Part shown: positions 55,541 to 64,000 of the stretch, piece by piece | How the letters are laid out: each line of letters begins with the position of its first letter | Numbering within the stretch: the first letter of the stretch is position 1 | NCBI GenBank assembly: GCA_951406725.2 | Contig: OX597822.1 | Span: 93,434,001 to 93,498,000, forward strand | Direction of reading: 5' to 3' | Origin: Octopus vulgaris | Lineage: Eukaryota | DNA: 64,000 nt | Program-made: the position numbers and the translations under genes | The notes under the pieces: generated by a model | What the model saw: the letters and a program-made list of their open reading frames with translations, nothing else | Database searches by the model: none | What the model was told of the DNA's origin: nothing

Positions 55541-55577
<37 letters not shown>

Positions 55578-56004
55578 GTGTGTGTGTGTTTATATATGTG
55601 CGTATATATATACATACTTTTACATACATGTATACATGCATGCCGTTATATATAGATTACATTATAAACAAAAGCATACATGTTATAATTTCTCAGGAGG
55701 CGGGCTCTCGAACGAAATTGACAAAATTTGAAGAACAGAACAAGAACACTCATTTGCCTAACCAGATTAACTCTGGTCTTAAGTATTTTATTATCTTCAA
55801 CTCAGTGAATCAAGTCAGCCGCTTTTTCACGTTGTTGGGTGAAGGTGAGAGAGCCTTATTTCACCATAAGAATTGAACCTCGTTGAGAAGCAAGCTTCTT
55901 ACCACACAATCAGGCCTGTGCCTATACGTGTATGGTTAGTAAACATTAACCGTCACACCGTCATGATTATAGGGAGTTATTTCAGAAATCTGAAGTTCTA
56001 AAGT

Positions 56005-56470
56005 ATCTTCTTTTATCTTTTTATGACTGTGGCCACGCTGGGGCATAACCTTGACGGATTTAAGTTGAACAAATCGATACGAGAACTGTTTTGTTTAAAA
56101 ATCTGGTACTTATTCTATTGGTCACCTTTGCCGAACCGTAAAGTTACGGAGAAGCAAACAAACCAACAACGGTTGTCAAGCAGGCGGAGATCCAAGCACA
56201 AAGACAACAACACACTTCTATCTGTCTAGCTATCTATTTATCTATCTTTACACACACCACACACACGAACACACACGCACGCACACACACACACACACAG
56301 CGCACGCACTCGCGCGACAGATTTCTTTCAGTTTCGTCTGTCAAATCCACTTACAAAATCGACCCGCGGCTATTGTAGAAGACACTTACCCAAAGTGCTA
56401 CGTAGTGGGTCTGAACCCGAAACCATGTGGGTGGGAAGCAAGCTTCTTGCCACACAGCCACGCCTGCGCC
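56005..56470 (-). mobile_element. Family A SINE, older copy
   Basis: tgactgtggccacgctggggca...aagcaagcttcttgccacacagccacgcctgcgc. Confidence 0.8.
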
Positions 56471-56609
56471 ATCAGTATCCCAAGGACTATTTCATGAGGT
56501 GTAGTCGATCAGATCAGCCCTTTAATTCAAACAGGAATTTAATTTAAATAGGAATTTGAAAATATTTGGGTCTTCTTGGCTTTCTCCCTTTTTTTCTTTT
56601 ACTATTCTT

Positions 56610-57494
56610 CGTCCATCATCATCATCGTCATCCTCACAATCACTAGCTTCAGCATCACCACTATCACCGCCACCACTACTACTAACACCATCACCAACAC
56701 CACTATCACCATCATCAGCAACACCATCTGCCGAGGTCGACTTTGCCTTTCATCCTTTCGGGGTCGATAAATAAAGTACCAGTTTCCCACTGGGGTCGAT
56801 GTAATCGACTTAATATCCCTTTGTCTGTTTTTGTTTGTCCCCTCTATGTTTAGCCCCTTGTGGGCAGTAAAGAAATACATCATTACCACTGTCACCCGTT
56901 TTCATCATCGTTGTCACCACCATCACCACCACCACCATCACAACCATCATTACCACCACCACCATCACCATCATCATCAACATCAATAGCACCATCACTT
57001 TTATCATCGTACCTCTGTCGAACGACAGCGCCACCACTGGTATGTACTCCTACCATCATTATCATCATTGCTACCATCATCGACCAGCCCGTAATCACTA
57101 GCTTTTCCTCATCTCCATTAATAACGGCTGTCATCAACAATACTGTTGTTATCATCGCTGTTATCACTACCACATCCTCATCCACCACATCTTCCTCCTC
57201 CTCCTCAGTCACATCGTCGTCATCGCCGTCATCACCAACACCGACATCAACGTAATCACAACAACTGAAAACCACCTGCATTATTACCAACATCCACCAA
57301 AACTACCATTGTCATCATCATCATCATCGTCGTCGTCGTCATCATCATCATCATCATCATCAGCATCGTCTTCGTCGTCGTCGTCGTCGTCGTCATTACT
57401 TCCTGCATCGTCAACATCAACAAAATATCGACGTACCTCATCAACCATTCTTCTCTCCTACCATCGTCAAACCTTCCACACCATCACCATCCCT

Positions 57495-57573
<79 letters not shown>

Positions 57574-57579
57574 CCCCAT

Positions 57580-57621
<42 letters not shown>

Positions 57622-57730
57622 CATCGTCAATACAAGAAGTACCATTATCGCCCCCCGCAGTCGCCACTACTACCACTGCCACCGCCGCCACTAGCACCAG
57701 CACCAGCAGCAGCACCACCACCACCACAGA
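56610..57730. repeat. Degenerate trinucleotide field (CAT/CAC/CGT/CTA/CTG)n with a family B SINE piece at 56728-56878
   Basis: Directly visible low-complexity sequence. Confidence 0.85.
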
Positions 57731-58169
57731 TTCCCATCTAAGACGGTTCACCATGAAATAAAAAAATAAAAGACCACAAACTAGATCCCTTTTGTGTTAC
57801 GGTTGTTGTTTGTGGGGTATTTTTCTTGCATGTCTACATACAACCCTGCATACACACCCTGCATATTCTCCCTGAACTGTAAATATATACTTATGTATGT
57901 ATGTATGTATGTATGTATGTATGTATGTATGTACGTATGTACGTATGTACGTATGTATGTATGTATGTATATGTGTGTGTATGCGTACGTCTTTGTGTGC
58001 TCTTCTCACCTCCCTCTCTTTATGTATATATACGGAAATGTATTTGCATAGTAAGTGACCTGATCTGAGATCGTGTGCTGAAACAAAAACAATTGCAGCG
58101 TGGAAGGTGTTTATAAGCCATTTAAAAATACACAAAAGCCGTTAGATTCACTTCAACATTTAAATTTAA

Positions 58170-58220
58170 TTTGTCAAAATATTTTCGTCGCTTTGAGGAC
58201 GCGACCTGTTCACTGACAAA
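58170..58220 (-). ncRNA. Type-I hammerhead ribozyme, G3-C8 core variant (intact copy)
   Basis: UUUGUCA-GUGAACA-g-GUCGC-guccucaaa-GCGAC-GAA-AAUAUU-U-UGACAAA. Confidence 0.8.
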
Positions 58221-58239
58221 ATTCCGTGCAACAAGGAAT

Positions 58240-58290
58240 TTTGTCAGTGAACAGGTCGCGGTCTCAAAGTGCCGAAAATATTTTGACAAA
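58240..58290 (+). ncRNA. Type-I hammerhead ribozyme, G3-C8 core variant (stem II mismatch)
   Basis: UUUGUCA-GUGAACA-g-GUCGC-ggucucaaa-GUGCC-GAA-AAUAUU-U-UGACAAA. Confidence 0.7.
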
Positions 58291-59111
58291 TTAAATTTAA
58301 ATGTTGAAGTGAATCTAACGGCTTTTGTGTATTTTTAAATGGCTTATAAACACCTTCCACGCTGCAATTGTTTATACACATGCACACACACACATATATA
58401 TATTATTACACACATGTCGATGCACAGTCCCTAGGGATTTTCCTAAAAATGTAAACACCACTATCACTATCATCACCCTCACCCTAACCATCTTCAATCT
58501 TTCCATCGCCTTCACTAAAACCACTACCACACCAACAACACCAACACAACCCCATCACTATCACACCATCATGTAGCTTACAATGTCTTTCAACATAACT
58601 ACAATATCTAGTCATACATTCATTATTTCTGCTTTCTCCTTCCATTTGTTCATCACAAACACATAGATGTGTGTGTGTGCGGCGCGAACACACACGCATT
58701 CACACGCATGCGCGGCCCCGCACACACACACGCAGTTACGCATAAGCGCATCATCCGACAGCGAACAATAATCAAATCTTACCACAAGTATTGGTTGTTG
58801 TAATAATTCCTCGAAATTCATGGTCTCCGCCCTGTTGATCTATCTATGGTGTCTCAGATGTTTTCTGAGCCCTATTTTGATTGTAAAGATTCCTCTTCAT
58901 TCTAAAAGATGGTTTCATATTGCAGACATGTTGCCCTCTCACACTTTTCTCTTTCAATTCAATCATTTCAAAGTTGCTGTTCTTTCGTGGTTGATGGCCC
59001 ACCAAAGTTTCCAGTCCTAGGAATTGCTTTCCCTGCGTAAGAAGGAAAAAGGGGTTAGTAAAAAAAGAAACGCCAATCTTATTGCTTTCAATTCGTTTTT
59101 CATGTCTTTCC

Positions 59112-59450
59112 TTACCTATGGTCATGAATGCTGGGTAAAAACCAAAAGAGTGTGAACGCGAATACAATCGACCGAAATAGGGTTTACCCAAAGGATCTCT
59201 GGAACCCTGTTACTCGACAGGGTGCATAACTCGGAGATTAGGGAGTCTCTCCAGGTCGAACTCCTACTTATACGCATCGGTAACACGGACATGTGATCAG
59301 AATGTCTCAAGAAAGAATTACAAGACGGATGCTTCAAACCAAGCTAACCGGTGGGAAATCTAGGGATAGACCAAGGATAAGACGGTTAGATAATATCTAT
59401 AATCTCAGTTGGCCACGCTTGGGAATTTAGCCGGAAACTCTACTGGAAAC
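59112..59450 (+). mobile_element. RTE-clade LINE C-terminal fragment
   Basis: YGHECW...RISG..LLDRVHNSEIRE.L...GHV.RM..ERI.RR......G...R.RPR.R.LD. Confidence 0.8.
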
Positions 59451-59513
59451 TCTGATAGAACCATATAGAAGCCTTTCTCATGTTCGGTTAGCATGTATGT
59501 ATGTGTGGATGCG

Positions 59514-59564
<51 letters not shown>

Positions 59565-60329
59565 CTAACCAAGCCTTTCTTACATTCATTTACCTTTAAG
59601 TTGGAAGTAATTTGCGTTGGTTTATGTTCGTCTTACATCCGCACAACATGACCATTGCACTTTAATTTCTTCTCCATTTTGAAGTCTTCAATACCATTTC
59701 TTCTAGTTTCATGCAGTCACTTAAACAAAATGGATTGTATTTTCGGGGTTTTTCCGTATCTAACAGTATTCTACGATATTCTACGAATAATATAAGCGAC
59801 TGTAAAAGACATCGATCTTACTAATATCATTTAAATTTCAAATAGTTCTTTGATAATCTTTCAGTCTCCTTTACCTGCAGAGATCCCATTTTCAGAACCA
59901 AAAGTAGTTTCGTCATTTAAAGAAAATGTAAAACGTTGACATACCGTAAATTCTACTCAAAATTTTATTAATCTTCAGTTCTTAGGTTCTAAGCTACAAC
60001 ATCTTTAACGAATCAAATAAAGAGACTCTATGTTTCGTTGAACTTCTTAGAAATAAAGTCACAGCACTTTTAAATCACATCTCACCATCTTAAGAATGCG
60101 ATAGACACATTCAGTATAATGTAACCCGAAAAAGTCTGTACCTCAAAATAAAATGATGCAATGGTCACGGCTGGAAAGCTGTAATCGTTGTGTCATTGTG
60201 AACATAGGTCTATTCCATTTCAAAACGACAACAGCACAAACTTTGAAGTTGAAAAAAAAAATATTGGGTTATATCCTGGTTCAGTGCCATTATCAGTATC
60301 GTCTTTTCCATTATATTACTGGAATTTGT

Positions 60330-60720
60330 GGGAAGGAAGGAAGCACTCCGTCGGTTACGACGACGAGGGTTCCGGTTGATCCGATCAACGGAACAGCCTG
60401 CTCGTGAAATTAACGTGTAAGTGGCTGAGCACTCCACAGACACGTGCACCCTTAACGTAGTTCTCGGGGATATTCAGCGTAACACAGAGAGTGACAAGGC
60501 AGGCCCTTTGAAATACAGGTACAACAGAAACAGGAAGTAAGAGTGAGAGAAAGTTGTGGTGAAAGAGTACAGCAGGGATCACCACCATCCCTGCCGGAGC
60601 CTCGTGGAGCTTTAGGTGTTTTCGCTCAATAAACACTAACAACGCCCGGTCTGGGAATCGAAACCGCGATCCTACGACCGCGAGTCCGCTGCCCTAACCA
60701 CTGGGCCATTGCGCCTCCTC
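60330..60720 (-). mobile_element. Full-length family C SINE, tail type 1
   Basis: 12-bp TSD ACTGGAATTTGT (60318-60329 / 60721-60732); (TTCC)n tail. Confidence 0.95.
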
Positions 60721-61340
60721 ACTGGAATTTGTACTCATCTAAAAACAAAACTTAATGCATTTAGTCTATCGTTCTGTAATTTCTGTTACTATACTGATTA
60801 TATAAATCACATACCCTTACGTTCTCAGTTGTTCGAATCTCTGTAGATTAACTTTGCCTTTAATTCCTGTGGAAGATGGGGCAAATAACACATGTAACTA
60901 TATACTCGTGCCGGTTCAATCAATTATACCGCTCCCTCATTCGGTATAGAGCCAAAGATAGGAATAGATGATTTTTCTTTTGCCAAATCACAAGTCATAT
61001 TCTTTGAACTGTACATATATTCTAATGAGTGACTTTTATTTGTATTGATATGAATAATGTAACAACAGTTACAGGTTTCCAGCCGTGACCATTGCATCAT
61101 TTGACTTTAGAAATGTTTGCACAGACTTATACTAAATTCATCCGTTGCATAATTTATATCAGGTACAGCAAATCATTTAGACTAATTCAAATCCCATTGT
61201 ACCACATCTACGTGACAAATGTTGATTGTACAGATACAAAGCTTTATTTTGATTTTAGAGAAAAAAAGAAACAAAAGAGATAACAGCATGAGATGTTCTT
61301 GCTTAAGGATAAGATAATCTTAATCGTATTATGGGCCCCT

Positions 61341-61553
61341 GGCGGCGAGCTGGCAGAACCGTTTGCACGCCGGGTGAAATGCTTAACGGTATTTCGTCTG
61401 CCGCTACGTTCTGAGTTCAAATTCCGCCGAGGTCGACTTTGCCTTTCATCCTTTCGGGGTCGATAAATTAAGTACCAGTTACGCACTGGGGTCGATGTAA
61501 TCGACTTAATACCTATGTCTGTCCTGGTTTGTCCCTTCTATGTTTAGTCCCTT
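61341..61553 (+). mobile_element. Family B SINE
   Basis: ggcggcgagctggcagaa...gccgaggtcgactttgcctttcatcctttcggggtcgataaattaagtaccag. Confidence 0.9.
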
Positions 61554-62384
61554 AGGCACAGCAGTGTAGTTGAGCTCATTATGCATACATTCAACGTATT
61601 TGTCACAACATGTTTACTTTTAGTGCGATTTAAGCTGTCTTTTGAAAATAGCACTAAAATTTATTTGAGTTTTCAAATATTTTATTCACCCGCCTCGCTG
61701 AGTTTATATCCAATTAATTAATATTGTGAAAGTGATAGAGCATTATGAATCACTGCATATAATGAATATATTTGTTGATTTTTGACACTCCAAATTTAAG
61801 GTGTGTGAATAGAAGATAAAAATGAGAGATGAAAAAGTACCATGTGGAGTAACACGATCAACCCGTACGAATCTCGAAATAGCTCTCCCTAAGTTGAATT
61901 AACTCGCCCTGATATAAGTGTCGGCCCAGAAGATTCTAGAATATTTCGGCAAGAAAATTTGCACACTTCCTTTGAAGTTGCCGCCTCAGTCATAAATACG
62001 TTCTCCAATGTTTAAATCAAATCATTCGCGTAGGTGTTGATACCAAGATTTGTGAGGCTCCTGGTACACTGTTTGTCTATGCCTGGTTCTTTGCTCTGAT
62101 AGCAACAACATGAAACAGAAACTAGGCCACGGACTTGACTAGCTTGGAATTAACATTGTTTTTTACTCTCTGTAACTGAAATGGAGCAATGTAGAACTGT
62201 TCCTGAAATGAAATAACCATAATATTCCAACCACAAAGAAATGGCTTTATGCTATTTACACAACAGAATTGGCATCAACACAAGAACTGTGTGTTATTGT
62301 ATGAGATCATCTTACGATGAGGTGCCAAATGACGGAGACAGAGAGAGAGAGACATAGTCGGAAAGAAACAGAGGAAGCTCTTTT

Positions 62385-62473
<89 letters not shown>

Positions 62474-62691
62474 GGTTATGAGTACTTCAACTACTTAAAG
62501 CTAGAAAAAAGTGAAGGCAATTTATAGTTTTGGTCGTTAGTTACTTCACTAGAAAATATTTCGTTTAACGTAACAACCAGTTGCATTGTCGTCTTCTCCC
62601 AACTCCGTGTCATTCTAGCTTGCCAGGGATGCCATCATATTTGCTTTCGGTTGTTATTTATTGGAAAGTTTATCTTCAAGATGATGGATAT

Positions 62692-62728
<37 letters not shown>

Positions 62729-62876
62729 CCTATCACCTCTGTCCCCTACTTTATTTATTTATTACTTTACTTGAGACGTTTTGTCGAGGTTACGGACTTT
62801 TGGAAACATGACATTTCGAAATGAAATTCTTTATCATAAAATTATTTCATCTGTGAAATTGTAAAACCAGCTGATA

Positions 62877-62921
<45 letters not shown>

Positions 62922-63353
62922 TCTTCTCTCTCTCTCTCTCTCTCTCTTTTTTTCTCTCTCTCTCTCCCTCGTGAAATCCTTCATAATAAATGTATCTATA
63001 TTCAAACACACATACTATGTAATGTTGTCTGCCTCTCTGCTTAGACGAGAAGTAGAAGAGGTTTCTTCTACTCCACCATTAACGTTTTGTCTTTTTTTCT
63101 TCACTTTTCTTTCGCGATTTATTTTTGTCTGTCATGTTATTGTTGATTTACCTGACAATATTGTCGCCATTTGACTTGCTATTTTTGACATTTGTTTTGC
63201 TAGATTTCCATCTTAGACGTGACCGATGAATAACAAGCAACAGTTCTACACTTGACATGAATCAACGAAATTCACTAAATTACGTCTCACAACATCAGTT
63301 ACAAAACATAATAGTCAAGATTAAGTAAGCCTTCTTTTCAAAGAGGAAGGATA

Positions 63354-63773
<420 letters not shown>

Positions 63774-64000
63774 ACTTCTTGTCATATTTTCTTATATTTT
63801 TATATATATTTCATTGGCGTGCAGTATCTCTCTCAGTCTCTCTATTTCCACCTCTCTCTCACCATCTCTTTCTATCACTATCTTTCCTCCTCTTTCTCTC
63901 TCCCACCCTCACACCCTCTCTATTATCCCTCCTCTCTCTCTCTCTATTACGCAAATATTTTTAAAATGTATCCTCTCGTCCCTGTTTTGTAAAACACACA

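Larger units (their letters stand above)
58087..58373. mobile_element. 139-bp-arm palindrome, probably inverted Penelope-like pLTRs
   Basis: Arms 58087-58225 and 58235-58373, 9-nt loop, about 4 mismatches. Each arm carries a hammerhead fold. Confidence 0.85.

Noticed and set aside
56556-57761. Mucin-like or Ser/Thr/Pro-rich coding exon
   Set aside because: Degenerate trinucleotide repeats open in several frames on both strands, interrupted by a SINE, with no splice evidence.
61840-62100. Possible host exon or mariner C-terminus (also 7480-7800 and 12001-12610)
   Set aside because: Stops in all frames read and only faint mariner/Tc1 resemblance; too decayed to call.

Overview
AT-rich, microsatellite-saturated animal genomic DNA with no recognisable host exon, i.e. 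intergenic or large-intron sequence. The SINE families and the (TA)n/(CA)n/(CATA)n load suggest a coleoid cephalopod, probably Octopus (inference). Nearly all non-microsatellite sequence is mobile-element debris: three abundant tRNA-derived SINE families, four to five Helitron remnants (Rep, Pif1 helicase, TC...CTAG ends), mariner/Tc1/Tigger/hAT MITEs, and R4/Dong-like, RTE and L1/Tx1-like LINE fragments. There are also several Penelope-like element (PLE) remnants. The most notable signal is a set of minimal type-I hammerhead ribozyme motifs in the PLE remnants. One is a non-canonical G3-C8 core variant (GUGAACA) present in both arms of a 139-bp head-to-head palindrome at 58087-58373. Other points of interest are R4-like LINE pieces consistently embedded in (CATA)n, one SINE head joined to three different tails, and several long foldbacks. 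All calls were read by eye; boundaries of degenerate elements are approximate.
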